Shown in pieces: positions 16,682 through 26,211 of a stretch of DNA of 32,000 bases (within the stretch, counting starts at the first letter, position 1; the number at the start of each line of letters is the position of its first letter). The translations under genes and the position numbers were made by a program. Source of the DNA: Vibrio tubiashii. Lineage in GTDB: Bacteria > Pseudomonadota > Gammaproteobacteria > Enterobacterales > Vibrionaceae. Under the pieces are notes generated by a model. That model saw only the letters and a list, made by a program, of their open reading frames with translations. It had not been told where the DNA came from and ran no database searches. Location of the stretch: the NCBI GenBank assembly GCA_000775715.1, contig JRWQ01000001.1, forward strand, positions 510,225 through 542,224, written 5' to 3'.

Positions 16682-16714
16682 AAGGCCTTAGGTAACTATC
16701 TAAGGCCTTTTTTA
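16682..16714 (+). terminator. Rho-independent terminator of the plus-strand sugar operon
   Basis: Perfect 10-bp stem AAGGCCTTAG/CTAAGGCCTT with an 8-nt loop, followed by TTTTT. Confidence 0.85.
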
Positions 16715-16747
16715 TGAAGGCAGGAATGTTGCTCCTCCAATTCAAAG

Positions 16748-17830
16748 TTAAGCAACACAAATTCCGTACTTCGGCAGCACATCTCTGATAATCGTTAGCC
16801 TATAAGTTTTCAGTGCATCATGGAAAAGCTTCCAATCTGAATTTAAGAACGACTCTTTATATTTATACGTAACCAAATCCGCTGACTGAGGCGATGCCAT
16901 AGCTTTGCCTCTGGCTATTTCTTTCCAGCTATTTTTTCCGCTCACCTCAAAAGTCAGTTCTACAGCAGGAAAACCAAACTCGCCACGAGAAATGCGTTTC
17001 AGCCATTCCTTATGACGATCTTCACCATCTTCATGTTTAATATCTTGAAATGCTGCCTTCAAAATGAGCTGCTTGTCATTGGGTAAATCCGCTTGAGCGT
17101 CAATATCCATGTTTTGATCTTCCTTGATAAAGCACTTAATTGCCTTGTACATTTGATTCGCCGCACTCAAGAAATCCTCAGTATTGTTTCTTGTAACCTT
17201 ATCACCCCTCCCGTTAACATAACTCCACTCGGCATAAGGACGGTCAGGAAAAGAGAGTGCGGGACCATGACCCAGAGGAGAAATTGTAGAGATACTCCAG
17301 TTAACAATATTGTCTCTTACTCTAGCCAATAAGCTACTATCTGAATTTGATTCGATTTGTTCTACCTGGTTAATCTCATGACTTACGCCAGCAAACCCCT
17401 GATGAGCAAAGGTATCGGCGTAGACGTGCATTGCAATACCCATCATGTGCAGCCCAAAAGAAGAATTCCTATACGCTGCCACTGCTTTTAGCATATCTCG
17501 AGCTACTGGGCTGTCAGGTGTACAGACCAAACGCTGAATAAAACCACCCTCAGGAATAGTGTCAGAGGGTTTACCTTGATTACCTGGGAGGAAGTGAAAA
17601 GGAATCCATGCTAGGTGATTAGCAAGCTCATTGCCATTTCGATAATCGAGCATTTTATGAGCGGAAGAGATACGATTAAACATCGCCCCGTTATCAAACC
17701 GCACTGGATCTGAATTGGTTGCTTCGTCAACGTATTGAGCACAGTAAGCTAACTTTTCTGCATCGCTATGTGTCATTCCAGCGTATCTAGCAACAACATA
17801 AGTGAGTGAATGGTGTCCATCTATTTGCAT
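16748..17830 (-). CDS. Hypothetical protein with a His/Asp-rich pattern (possible metal-dependent hydrolase)
   Basis: Start set to ATG 17830, with SD GGGAGA 7 nt upstream; the track start at 17863 is a TTG. Motifs: DGHHSLTY, YVDEATN, SSAHK, MHVYADTFAHQGF and LGHGPALSFPD. No signal peptide. I recognise no family with confidence. Confidence 0.55.
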   Translation of the reverse strand: MQIDGHHSLTYVVARYAGMTHSDAEKLAYCAQYVDEATNSDPVRFDNGAMFNRISSAHKMLDYRNGNELANHLAWIPFHFLPGNQGKPSDTIPEGGFIQRLVCTPDSPVARDMLKAVAAYRNSSFGLHMMGIAMHVYADTFAHQGFAGVSHEINQVEQIESNSDSSLLARVRDNIVNWSISTISPLGHGPALSFPDRPYAEWSYVNGRGDKVTRNNTEDFLSAANQMYKAIKCFIKEDQNMDIDAQADLPNDKQLILKAAFQDIKHEDGEDRHKEWLKRISRGEFGFPAVELTFEVSGKNSWKEIARGKAMASPQSADLVTYKYKESFLNSDWKLFHDALKTYRLTIIRDVLPKYGICVA

Positions 17831-18037
17831 TTTAGCGTCTCCCATTGAGCAATATTTGTTCAATATAACCTTTTATAAAATGGCGTTATTTTATATAGGT
17901 TGGAGTTTGGTAAATTTAGTTATGACGCTCAGCGTTAAACCCTAATTAAGTGATTCCAATCAATACACCATGCGAATGTTGAGTGCACAATATGTTCACA
18001 CCAAGAATTTCTAATAAAACGAACGACAGGCCTGTTT

Positions 18038-18604
18038 ATGCATCACCTCCTCATTGTCTTGTTGTCTCTCTCAGCTCTATTCGCCGAATCCGCGATTGCG
18101 GCAAGATATTGCACAGAGAAAAACTGGCAAACTGCCACTGATTATTACAAGAAACAAGAAGCGAGGTTCAACAGAAACATCAATGAGCTAAATGAAGTTA
18201 CCGAGCTTTATAATGATTATGTGTTCCTTCAGGATCAATATCCTTCAGACGTGTTAGTTGGTATCTGGCGGAGCGATAACATTGAAGCTAAACGTGCTCT
18301 AGCTACACAGAAGGATTTATTCATCGAGGAAATATCAAAACTAGACCAGACAAAACAAACACTTCTCAAAACATTTTCAAAACTAAAAACAGCCAAAGAA
18401 CTATGGGAAAAACTCGCAGACTATTGCTATGACGAGGATAAATATCAGGATTACAAAACTGGTAGGGACAATATGCGCAAAGTCATTTCAGTCCAAAAGC
18501 GAAGCGATGAACTGTTATCAAAAATTGAGAGGATGAGGCTTAAATACGCTAGCGAGATTGAGCTCATCAATGACTCCAAGCGAAAGGCTAGTGCAGTGAA
18601 ATAG
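18038..18604 (+). CDS. Hypothetical secreted alpha-helical / coiled-coil protein
   Basis: Signal peptide MHHLLIVLLSLSALFAESAIA|A. The rest is charged, heptad-like K/E/L-rich sequence with two Cys. AT-rich gene with a weak RBS. Confidence 0.5.
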   Translation: MHHLLIVLLSLSALFAESAIAARYCTEKNWQTATDYYKKQEARFNRNINELNEVTELYNDYVFLQDQYPSDVLVGIWRSDNIEAKRALATQKDLFIEEISKLDQTKQTLLKTFSKLKTAKELWEKLADYCYDEDKYQDYKTGRDNMRKVISVQKRSDELLSKIERMRLKYASEIELINDSKRKASAVK

Positions 18605-18680
18605 CCACTTGTGTCTAAACGCCGCGATAGATATCAACTATGCAAGGATAACCAGCGTGAAGAAGAGCCGTGACTGGGCT

Positions 18681-19415
18681 TCAACCGTGCTGACGGCGTA
18701 AGTTATCCAAAATAATGCCCGTCGCCATCGCCACGTTTAACGATTCTGCGCCACCAAATGCAGGGATGGTTATTTTATCAGTTACGAACTTAGCAGCTTG
18801 CTCACGAATGCCATGAGATTCACTCCCCATCAGCAAAATGCCTTCAGGCGAAAACTGGGTGTTATGTACACTTTCACCGTCAAGGAATGCGCCATAAACT
18901 GGTAAGTTTGATTTCTCTAGGTAGCTTGGCAGATCAAGCTGAGTCACGGTGACACGACCAAAGCTGCCCATAGTGGCGCTAATGGTTTTTGGGTTGTAAG
19001 GATCGGCGCAGTCGCTGCTAGCGACAATGTGCTTAATACCATACCAATCAGCAACTCGGATGATGGTGCCAAGATTACCCGGATCAGAAACACCATCAAG
19101 CGCAATCATCAAACCTTGTGCTTTTGGCATCTCCGCACTTGGAATTTCAACCACCGCAATGGCAGCATTGTTGCTCACAAGCGTGCTTGCTTTGGTGAGA
19201 TCATCTAAAGACGCTTCAATGCACTCAAAGTTGCCCAGCTCAGAACAATACTGGGCAAGAAATTCAGCCGTGGCAAAGACTTGCTTTACCGTTAATGAGC
19301 TATTCGCCAACTCAAGCACGTTCTTCTCTCCTTGCACCAAAAATAGCCCCTGCGCTTTACGCTGCTTCTTTTGGCCAAGTGCTCGAAGTTGTTTAAGTTG
19401 GTTTTTTGAAATCAT
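18681..19415 (-). CDS. TrmH/SpoU-family RNA 2'-O-methyltransferase
   Basis: SpoU motifs LDGVSDPGNLGTIIRVADWYG, LLMGSESHGI and IPAFGGAESLNVAMATGIIL, plus an N-terminal substrate-binding domain. Confidence 0.85.
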   Translation of the reverse strand: MISKNQLKQLRALGQKKQRKAQGLFLVQGEKNVLELANSSLTVKQVFATAEFLAQYCSELGNFECIEASLDDLTKASTLVSNNAAIAVVEIPSAEMPKAQGLMIALDGVSDPGNLGTIIRVADWYGIKHIVASSDCADPYNPKTISATMGSFGRVTVTQLDLPSYLEKSNLPVYGAFLDGESVHNTQFSPEGILLMGSESHGIREQAAKFVTDKITIPAFGGAESLNVAMATGIILDNLRRQHG

Positions 19416-19608
19416 AATCTTTCCACGATAAAGGGATAACCCAGATAAAAGCGCGGCAATTATAGAGTAAAGCCCAGTTGAGCTAAAGAGGCGAGTAAAG
19501 AATAGTCGTGTCGTAGGTGAATTATCTCATTTTGATAGCATCTGATTTTTGACCTTACTACAGGCCCCTCGTGCTAGAATACCCAAGGCAAATATAGCGG
19601 ATAGAAAA

Positions 19609-20244
19609 ATGCAGATTTTTGAACAATTTGAAGCTCAATTTTTGGAATTTATCAACACAGAGATGACCCAAGATCCGGCCCATGATCTTAGCCACGTAAA
19701 ACGGGTGGTAAAAACAGCTAAAACGCTCTGCATACAAGAGAATGCCGAGTTGAACATCGTCGTGCCTGCTGCCTACCTTCACGACTGTTTTACTTTCGCC
19801 AAAGACCATCCTGAACGAGCCAAAAGCTCGGTTATAGCAGCAGATAAAGCGGTCAAACTTCTCGAATCAATAGGCTACCCAGAGAAATATTTCAGCGCCA
19901 TTCATCACGCCATTATGACTCACAGTTACAGTGCGAATATCACTCCAGAAACTCTAGAAGCTCAAATCGTTCAAGATGCAGATCGCCTCGATTCACTTGG
20001 TGCCATTGGCATAGCCCGCTGTATACAAGTAAGTACTAGCTTCGGTTCAAGCCTCTACAACACCGAAGACCCATTCTGTGACAGTCGAGTGTTGAATGAC
20101 AAGCGCTACACTATCGACCACTTCTACAACAAGCTATTCAAACTAGAAGCTTTAATGAACACTCAAGCCGCCAAAACAGAAGCGAACAAACGTACTCAAT
20201 ACATGCGAGCATTCTTAGCTCAACTAGAGTGTGAAATATACTAG
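19609..20244 (+). CDS. yedJ: HD-domain metal-dependent phosphohydrolase, YedJ-like
   Basis: From ATG 19609 (the track start at 19549 is a TTG): [15 protein letters not shown]...HDLSHVKRV...YLHDC...[17 protein letters not shown]...[16 protein letters not shown]. Colinear with E. coli YedJ as I remember it. Confidence 0.7.
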   Translation: MQIFEQFEAQFLEFINTEMTQDPAHDLSHVKRVVKTAKTLCIQENAELNIVVPAAYLHDCFTFAKDHPERAKSSVIAADKAVKLLESIGYPEKYFSAIHHAIMTHSYSANITPETLEAQIVQDADRLDSLGAIGIARCIQVSTSFGSSLYNTEDPFCDSRVLNDKRYTIDHFYNKLFKLEALMNTQAAKTEANKRTQYMRAFLAQLECEIY

Positions 20245-21191
20245 CTATATAGGTTTTTAATCGTCTCTCTTAACCACTGAATTCTTGGGTTGCGGTTATT
20301 GCGTTTGTGCCAAATCATGGTGAATGGAATGTTCAGTTTTTCTTGCTGAACGTCATCCAATGGAATGGGTAGAGCCACCAAGTCTGGATGCAGTTGCTGA
20401 CAATAGCGTTGGCAATATTTAGGAGCGGTTGTAATCATTTCATGGCCCGATTTTTCAGCAACAAACAGCGCCTGCTCGAACCCCGACATGGTCAAATTCA
20501 CATTACGACTTAACCCAAGCTCGATCAATATTTCATCGAGTGCCCAGCTCTCGCTTTTCTCCCACGTCACATTGATATGCGGATAACTAAGGAACGTCTC
20601 TAAGCTCCACTCTCGTTGTAATGCAGGATGGTCTTTACGCAGATAGACCATTGGTAAATCGGTAAACAACACTTCATAGTTGATATAATACGGCAGCAAG
20701 TCGAGCGACTCTCGTGAGCGCGGATGGCTCTCTCTGCCTGTGAAGCCAATATCCACATCACCTCGGGCTATCGCCTCAAGTGAGTCGTAATCCCAGTTAA
20801 TGAACTTAATCTTTGAATCTGGATAAGTTTGGTGGATTCGAGTAGTGAGTTCATCAACCATGATCAGTGACAATGGCGACTCTACTCCAAGGTTAAAATG
20901 CACACCCGATGGCGCTTCTCCGCCTCGCCTCGACACTATCTGACTACCGATTAGCAGCCAATCAGATAAGCTCTCTTCCATGCTGCTCGCAAGCGTCGTA
21001 GGCTGTAATCCTTGTGGCGTGTTAACAAACAAAGGATCATCAAACCAATCACGCAGTTTACTCAGTGATTTGCTAACTGTAGACGGCGTAACGTTAAGCT
21101 TTTTAGCCGCTTTGGTAACACTCTGTTCTTGCAGTAGCAATTGCAGAGTGAACAATAAATTCAGGTCAAGGCGTGCAAGAGACTTCTTCAT
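20241..21191 (-). CDS. yidZ: LysR-family regulator, YidZ-like
   Basis: [62 protein letters not shown] and the C-terminal [11 protein letters not shown] closely follow E. coli YidZ. The start could also be ATG 21200. It lies downstream of mdtL, as in E. coli. Confidence 0.8.
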   Translation of the reverse strand: MKKSLARLDLNLLFTLQLLLQEQSVTKAAKKLNVTPSTVSKSLSKLRDWFDDPLFVNTPQGLQPTTLASSMEESLSDWLLIGSQIVSRRGGEAPSGVHFNLGVESPLSLIMVDELTTRIHQTYPDSKIKFINWDYDSLEAIARGDVDIGFTGRESHPRSRESLDLLPYYINYEVLFTDLPMVYLRKDHPALQREWSLETFLSYPHINVTWEKSESWALDEILIELGLSRNVNLTMSGFEQALFVAEKSGHEMITTAPKYCQRYCQQLHPDLVALPIPLDDVQQEKLNIPFTMIWHKRNNRNPRIQWLRETIKNLYS

Positions 21192-22359
21192 TACTAACAT
21201 TACGTGATTGATTTGAAACTAATAGTATTAGAGTGATGCCGATTGCGCCACCAGCAACGAGTGCGAACAACAACATATTTACCGCAGAGACACCAAGCCA
21301 CGCCATAAACCAGATATACAAGGCTGAACCGCACACCTGTGAGATACCGAGTACCGAACTCGCCAAACCCGCTTTCTTCGAGAATGGGCTTAGTGCTTGG
21401 CTCATCGCAACACCAAACCCCATTGAAAAACCCATGCTAATCAAAGCAAAACCAAACATGTAAAGGGTCGAGCTATCGCCATGCAAGTGAGCCGCAAGGA
21501 TGACGATAGCCGACGTTAACGTAATAATTTGGGAGCCAAGTAATAAAGTGCCTTGTTTAAAATATGACAGTGCCAATGGAGCAGAAAACGATGTCGACAT
21601 CCCGACCATAGCCAAAAGAGCCATGGCCGTTGAATATTCGCCTCGGCTGAAGTTTAAAAGTTCCATCACTATCATAGGCGAGGTGTTTACATAGGTTAAA
21701 ATAGCTATTACCCCTAAAGACGTAAACGCAACGCGAGACAAGAAATAGCGATTAAATAGCGACTCGTGCGAGTCAGAAATGTGACTGCCTGAAAAATCGT
21801 GAGTCTGTTTTGATAATGACTCTTGCAACACAAATGTTGCGATAATTAAAACCACTACCCCCATAGCCGCCATTGCACTAAACAGCACTGGCCAAGGAAA
21901 CTTAAGCATAATCAGGTGACCAATCACAGGAGCTAGGACCGGAATCATACAAGTAATGCCGTTAAGCATAGACAGCACCTTAGCCCGCTTTTGGTCGTCT
22001 AACGTGTCACGTAAAATGGCAAACGCCACCACATAGCAACAGCCCGCGCCAACACCTTGGAAAAAGCGCATCAGTAAAAAGGCATTGCTGGTTTGCGCTT
22101 CACCACCAAGCCAAGAAGCAATGGCAAAAACAATAGCGCCTACTATCGCCACTGGTTTGCGGCCAAAGCGATCAGCAATCCGACCAACAAACAACATGGT
22201 CACAGCCATACCCGATAAGTAGATAGAAAACGCCATATGGAGCTGTGATTCTGTCGCTGCAAGGTCGGCCGCTATCTGAGGTAAACCGACTAAGTAAAGA
22301 TCGATGGCTGTTGGATAGAGCAGCACAAAAGAAAATGCACATAGAAGATATCGGGACAT
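21166..22359 (-). CDS. mdtL: MFS multidrug efflux transporter MdtL
   Basis: [33 protein letters not shown]...[34 protein letters not shown]...[17 protein letters not shown] is near-colinear with E. coli MdtL. ATG 22359 has SD GAGGTG; the track start at 22365 is a GTG. Confidence 0.85.
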   Translation of the reverse strand: MSRYLLCAFSFVLLYPTAIDLYLVGLPQIAADLAATESQLHMAFSIYLSGMAVTMLFVGRIADRFGRKPVAIVGAIVFAIASWLGGEAQTSNAFLLMRFFQGVGAGCCYVVAFAILRDTLDDQKRAKVLSMLNGITCMIPVLAPVIGHLIMLKFPWPVLFSAMAAMGVVVLIIATFVLQESLSKQTHDFSGSHISDSHESLFNRYFLSRVAFTSLGVIAILTYVNTSPMIVMELLNFSRGEYSTAMALLAMVGMSTSFSAPLALSYFKQGTLLLGSQIITLTSAIVILAAHLHGDSSTLYMFGFALISMGFSMGFGVAMSQALSPFSKKAGLASSVLGISQVCGSALYIWFMAWLGVSAVNMLLFALVAGGAIGITLILLVSNQSRNVSNEEVSCTP

Positions 22360-22415
22360 AGCCACCTCACAAAAGAAATCGTTTGCGAAGATAGTATTCG
22401 AGAAGAGATCATTTA

Positions 22416-22440
22416 GCTTGTTGCCATTTTGACAACAAGC
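22416..22440. promoter_or_regulatory. Inverted repeat GCTTGTTG-N9-CAACAAGC (contains T-N11-A), candidate LysR/YidZ box upstream of mdtL
   Basis: Perfect 8-bp arms, 57-81 bp upstream of the mdtL ATG. Further GCAAC/GTTG repeats follow at about 22470-22495. Confidence 0.3.
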
Positions 22441-22533
22441 ATTTCCATTTACGACACACTAAAGCAACAGGTTGTTAGCAACCGTTCATTAACACTATCA
22501 GCATCACTGAAATTCTGAGTAAACACTCATAAT

Positions 22534-23352
22534 ATGAGTAGTCTGGCTCAACTACTATCGACAACCACAATGCAAAACTTACTTTCAAAGGAGTGGAAGT
22601 CTATCGAATGGGTCTTAACTGACGTCGATGACACTCTTACTTGGCAAGGAAAACTTCCAACAGAAACACTAGTCGCGCTCAGCCAACTACAGCAACATGG
22701 AATTAAAGTTGTTGCCGTTACTGGAGCGTGCGCGGGTTGGTGCGACCATATTGCTCAACTGTGGCCGGTTGATGCTGTTCTAGGAGAAAATGGCGCGTTT
22801 ACCATAGAAAACGGTTGCAAAGGAGTAACCCTCACGAGTTCAGTTCCAATTGATGAAATGCGGTCTCTACAAGCCAAACTCAAACATCAGGTGGAGGCGA
22901 TACTCACCGAGTACCCAGATGTGAACCTTACTCTCGATCAAGCTTATCGCCTATGTGAAGTCGCCATTGACATTGGTCAGAACCGCGAACCTTTAGCAAG
23001 TGATGTGGTCGATCAAATAGTAAGAGAAATACACGCTTTAGGCGCACACGCGACAGCAAGCTCAATCCATATTAATGCGTGGTATGGCGCTCACTCTAAA
23101 CGAGCTAGCACTTACTCGTTTCTCAAAAGTAAAGGGCTATTAGAGCAAGATATCTTGAATAAATGCTGTTATGTCGGTGATTCACTCAATGATCAGCAAA
23201 TGTTTGAAACACTGCCATTTACCGTTGGAGTCGACAATATACGTCAATACTGGGATAAACTGACCCACAAGCCATCGAAAGTCATGTCACTACCCGGAGG
23301 GTTTGGTTTTGCTGAGTTTACCCGACAGTTACTGATACAAAAGGCGACATAG
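22534..23352 (+). CDS. HAD-superfamily IIB (Cof-type) sugar-phosphate phosphatase
   Basis: Motif I LTDVDDTLT, then VTGA, and motif IV YVGDSLNDQQMF. 272 aa. Confidence 0.75.
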   Translation: MSSLAQLLSTTTMQNLLSKEWKSIEWVLTDVDDTLTWQGKLPTETLVALSQLQQHGIKVVAVTGACAGWCDHIAQLWPVDAVLGENGAFTIENGCKGVTLTSSVPIDEMRSLQAKLKHQVEAILTEYPDVNLTLDQAYRLCEVAIDIGQNREPLASDVVDQIVREIHALGAHATASSIHINAWYGAHSKRASTYSFLKSKGLLEQDILNKCCYVGDSLNDQQMFETLPFTVGVDNIRQYWDKLTHKPSKVMSLPGGFGFAEFTRQLLIQKAT

Positions 23353-23390
23353 CAAGTTGGTCAGCTATGTCTCTTTTGCTTGATACCCCT

Positions 23391-23585
23391 TCACCCTTCG
23401 TCATCAGATATCGCCAATCGCTTATCTTTTAGATGAGTGTAGAGATGGGCCTGATTACGCTCAATCAGAACCATAGCCATAAGAGGGTTGAGTGCCCGTA
23501 CTTCGCCTTTACGGTAGGGTACGGGAACATCCCACGAATTGTTCTGATACACACCCTCTTCATCAAACTGGACTAGAAACTCCAT
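23391..23585 (-). CDS. Small hypothetical protein (64 aa)
   Basis: Strong SD GGAGG 5 nt upstream of ATG 23585. It lies downstream of the phn terminator, so it has its own transcription unit. I recognise no family. Confidence 0.45.
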   Translation of the reverse strand: MEFLVQFDEEGVYQNNSWDVPVPYRKGEVRALNPLMAMVLIERNQAHLYTHLKDKRLAISDDEG

Positions 23586-23677
23586 GCATACCTCCAGAGC
23601 AACATCATGTACCTCTTAAGTTTAGCCTAATTGACAAACCCATTAATAAAAACACGCATGCTGAAATACGGCTTGAT

Positions 23678-23701
23678 CAAAAAAGGCAGATTTCTCTGCC
23701 T
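23678..23701 (-). terminator. Rho-independent terminator of the phn operon
   Basis: The minus-strand RNA reads AGGCAGA-GAAA-UCUGCCU followed by UUUUUGAU, 32 nt after the phnE stop. Confidence 0.8.
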
Positions 23702-23732
23702 TTGATATTGAACGCTTGGAACTTTTTGAACA

Positions 23733-24536
23733 TTAAATCAATTTCTTACGTACATGTACTACCAGCGCTTCGGCCAAAATAACGACCGCAAAAATGCTGA
23801 CTAGAACCATCGACACCTTTTGCCACTCGAATAGGTTTTGTGCGTCGTTAAGCACCACACCAATGCCGCCAGCGCCCACTAAACCAAGTACTGCTGACTC
23901 ACGTACATTAATGTCCCAACGGAACAACACAATCGAGAAAAAGGCTGGCATCACTTGCGGCCAGTACCCTTTGAACAAAATACTCATCCAAGGTGCGCCT
24001 GTTGCCTTTAGCGCTTCAATCGTTCCCATGTTCACTTCCGCAATCGCTTCTGCGAGTAGCTTGCCGACAAAGCCAACGCTTCGAACGGCAATCGCCATTA
24101 TCCCAGCTAGAACACCCGGACCAAACAGCGCAATGAACAACAACGCCCATACCAGCGAGTTAACGGAGCGCGACGACACTAAAAAAAACTGTGCAATCCA
24201 GTTCAACGTTTTGCTCGGGGTAATATTCGGCGCATTCAGTAATGCCAATGGAATAGCCAGTCCCAATGTGAACAAAGTACCCAAAGTGGCAATATGCAGG
24301 GTTTCAATCATTGCTGCGTGAATGGTTTGTGGGTAAAACGCGTAGTCTAGCGGTACCATTCGACCAAACATATCTGCAAACTGAGCAGGTGCGTCATAAA
24401 GAAACTCTGGAATGATCTCAACAGTCTGCCAAGACCAAACAATCGCCGAAACAAAACACAAATAAGCAGCGAACCTCGCGAGACGCTCGTTGAACGTAAA
24501 ACGTTGCCATTCTTTATCAATAGAAGCGGTTGTCAT
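23733..24536 (-). CDS. phnE: Phosphonate-type ABC transporter permease PhnE (second copy)
   Basis: 267 aa, multi-TM, with the PhnE-type EAA region IEALKATGAPWMSILFKGYWPQVMP. Start and stop overlap with the upstream phnE. Confidence 0.85.
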   Translation of the reverse strand: MTTASIDKEWQRFTFNERLARFAAYLCFVSAIVWSWQTVEIIPEFLYDAPAQFADMFGRMVPLDYAFYPQTIHAAMIETLHIATLGTLFTLGLAIPLALLNAPNITPSKTLNWIAQFFLVSSRSVNSLVWALLFIALFGPGVLAGIMAIAVRSVGFVGKLLAEAIAEVNMGTIEALKATGAPWMSILFKGYWPQVMPAFFSIVLFRWDINVRESAVLGLVGAGGIGVVLNDAQNLFEWQKVSMVLVSIFAVVILAEALVVHVRKKLI

Positions 24537-25336
24537 CAGAAGATTCTCCTTACTACATTAGACAAAAACTCACCGACAAGAATCAGCGCAATAATGGTGA
24601 TCAGAATAGCTGCAACAAAGTCGTAATCAAAACGCTGAAATGCTGAGAACAGTGTGCCGCCCAAGCCCCCCGCACCTACGATGCCGACCATAGTTGAATT
24701 ACGTAGATTCGAGTCTAACTGGTAGCTAGCAAAACCAATGAAGCGAGTGAAAACCTGCGGCATCACCGCAAACAAAATAACCCCAACAAAGCTTGCGCCA
24801 GTAGCTCTAATCGCTTCAACTTGCTTAAAAGAGATCTCTTCGATAGCTTCAGCAAACAGCTTGGCAATAAAGCCAATCGACGCAAACACTAAGGTCAAAA
24901 TCCCTGCTAACGCTCCAAATCCCACCGCTTTAACAAATAAAATGGCGATAATCACTGGGTGAAATGAACGACACAGAGCAATAAAGCCACGCACTGGGCT
25001 AGATACCATTGAGGGCATCATATTTCTTGCCGCCAACAGGCCTAAAAACAAGGAGATGACAATACCAAAAAAACTCGAGATGATGGCTATCTGCAAACTC
25101 TCAGCTAAGCCGCTAAGAAGTAGGTTAGAGCGAGAAAAGTCCGGCGGGAACATCCTAGAAAGCAAGCGCTCACTTTCACCAAAACCTATAATTAAACGGT
25201 CAAAACTAAGATTGAGTGTCGAGAAGCTGTAAAACAGATACGCAATAACAGCAACGACTCCCAGTCGGCTCGCCCAGGAAGCTTTAAATGGATTTTCTAC
25301 ACTTGTCGATGTCGGGGATGAACTTAATCCAGCCAT
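24536..25336 (-). CDS. phnE: Phosphonate-type ABC transporter permease PhnE (first copy)
   Basis: 266 aa with [23 protein letters not shown]. It overlaps the phnC 3' end by 13 nt. Confidence 0.85.
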   Translation of the reverse strand: MAGLSSSPTSTSVENPFKASWASRLGVVAVIAYLFYSFSTLNLSFDRLIIGFGESERLLSRMFPPDFSRSNLLLSGLAESLQIAIISSFFGIVISLFLGLLAARNMMPSMVSSPVRGFIALCRSFHPVIIAILFVKAVGFGALAGILTLVFASIGFIAKLFAEAIEEISFKQVEAIRATGASFVGVILFAVMPQVFTRFIGFASYQLDSNLRNSTMVGIVGAGGLGGTLFSAFQRFDYDFVAAILITIIALILVGEFLSNVVRRIF

Positions 25337-26109
25337 GATTCACCCCCATAGATAATCTTAAGATCTTCCTCACTGATTCCCTCAGGGCTACCATCGTAGT
25401 GAACTTTGCCGTTACACATACCTATGATGCGATTGGCGAAACGTTTAGCTAAGTTCACGTCATGAATATTGACTAGTACAGGGATCTGTTTGTCTTTGGC
25501 AAATGTCTCCATCAACTCCATGATTTCTACTGCTGTCTTAGGGTCAAGAGAAGAGGTTGGCTCATCGGCCAGTAAGATATATGGGTCTTGCATGACTGCA
25601 CGCGCAATACCAACACGCTGACGCTGACCACCAGAAAGGCTATCTGCACGCTGATTAGCGAAATCCTGTAGCCCAACGAATTCCAGCAGTTCAAATGCTT
25701 TCTTTAGGTCTTCTGCCGAGTAATTACGTCGCCATGCGTTCCATGAAGACATGTAACCTAAACGCCCACTAAGTACGTTTTCAATCACCGTCAGCCTTTC
25801 GACCAAGTTGTACTCTTGGAAAACCATACCGATATGACGACGCTGTTTACGCAATGCTTGGCCTTGTAGCTTAGTTAGGTCTTCACCTTCAAATAAAATT
25901 TCCCCACTGGTTGGGTCATTCAAGCGGTTGATACAACGCAGTAAGGTACTTTTGCCTGTACCGGAAGGGCCAATGATGGCGATGATGCCCGGCTGATCGA
26001 TATCAATATCGATGCCTTTAAGGATTGGCTTGCCTGCTACATATTCATGAAACAGGTTATTGATCTTTATTCCGTCGTATTTTGTTTCGTTACAGCTTGC
26101 TACGGCCAT
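25324..26109 (-). CDS. phnC: Phosphonate-type ABC transporter ATPase PhnC
   Basis: Walker [10 protein letters not shown], signature LSGGQRQRV and Walker [13 protein letters not shown]. The ~260-aa single-domain ATPase is typical of PhnC. Confidence 0.9.
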   Translation of the reverse strand: MAVASCNETKYDGIKINNLFHEYVAGKPILKGIDIDIDQPGIIAIIGPSGTGKSTLLRCINRLNDPTSGEILFEGEDLTKLQGQALRKQRRHIGMVFQEYNLVERLTVIENVLSGRLGYMSSWNAWRRNYSAEDLKKAFELLEFVGLQDFANQRADSLSGGQRQRVGIARAVMQDPYILLADEPTSSLDPKTAVEIMELMETFAKDKQIPVLVNIHDVNLAKRFANRIIGMCNGKVHYDGSPEGISEEDLKIIYGGESWLD

Positions 26110-26152
26110 ACTACTATTCCTTGTTTTCTTATATTGAGCCTGAATTTTGGGT

Positions 26153-26189
26153 GTACGGTGCCCTATGCCCTACACATAGGGCACCGTAC
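26153..26189 (-). other. Perfect 15-bp inverted repeat (intercistronic hairpin between phnD and phnC)
   Basis: GTACGGTGCCCTATG-CCCTACA-CATAGGGCACCGTAC, read directly from the sequence. There is no U-tract on either side. Confidence 0.6.
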
Positions 26190-26211
26190 TTCTGCCGTTG
26201 TTAGAGAGTTA

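Noticed and set aside
21166-21191. 26-nt overlap between mdtL 3' end and yidZ 5' end as a possible frameshift or fusion
   Set aside because: Both reading frames are intact and full length relative to the E. coli proteins as I remember them. The overlap depends on start-codon choice and is compatible with ordinary translational coupling.
23794-24321. 175-aa plus-strand ORF and other long antisense ORFs (e.g. 19027-19431, 16148-16453, 12583-12888, 7102-7392, 1559-1783)
   Set aside because: All lie entirely antisense to, or out of frame within, well-supported genes. They have Ser/Pro/Arg/Thr/Cys-skewed shadow-ORF composition and no RBS.
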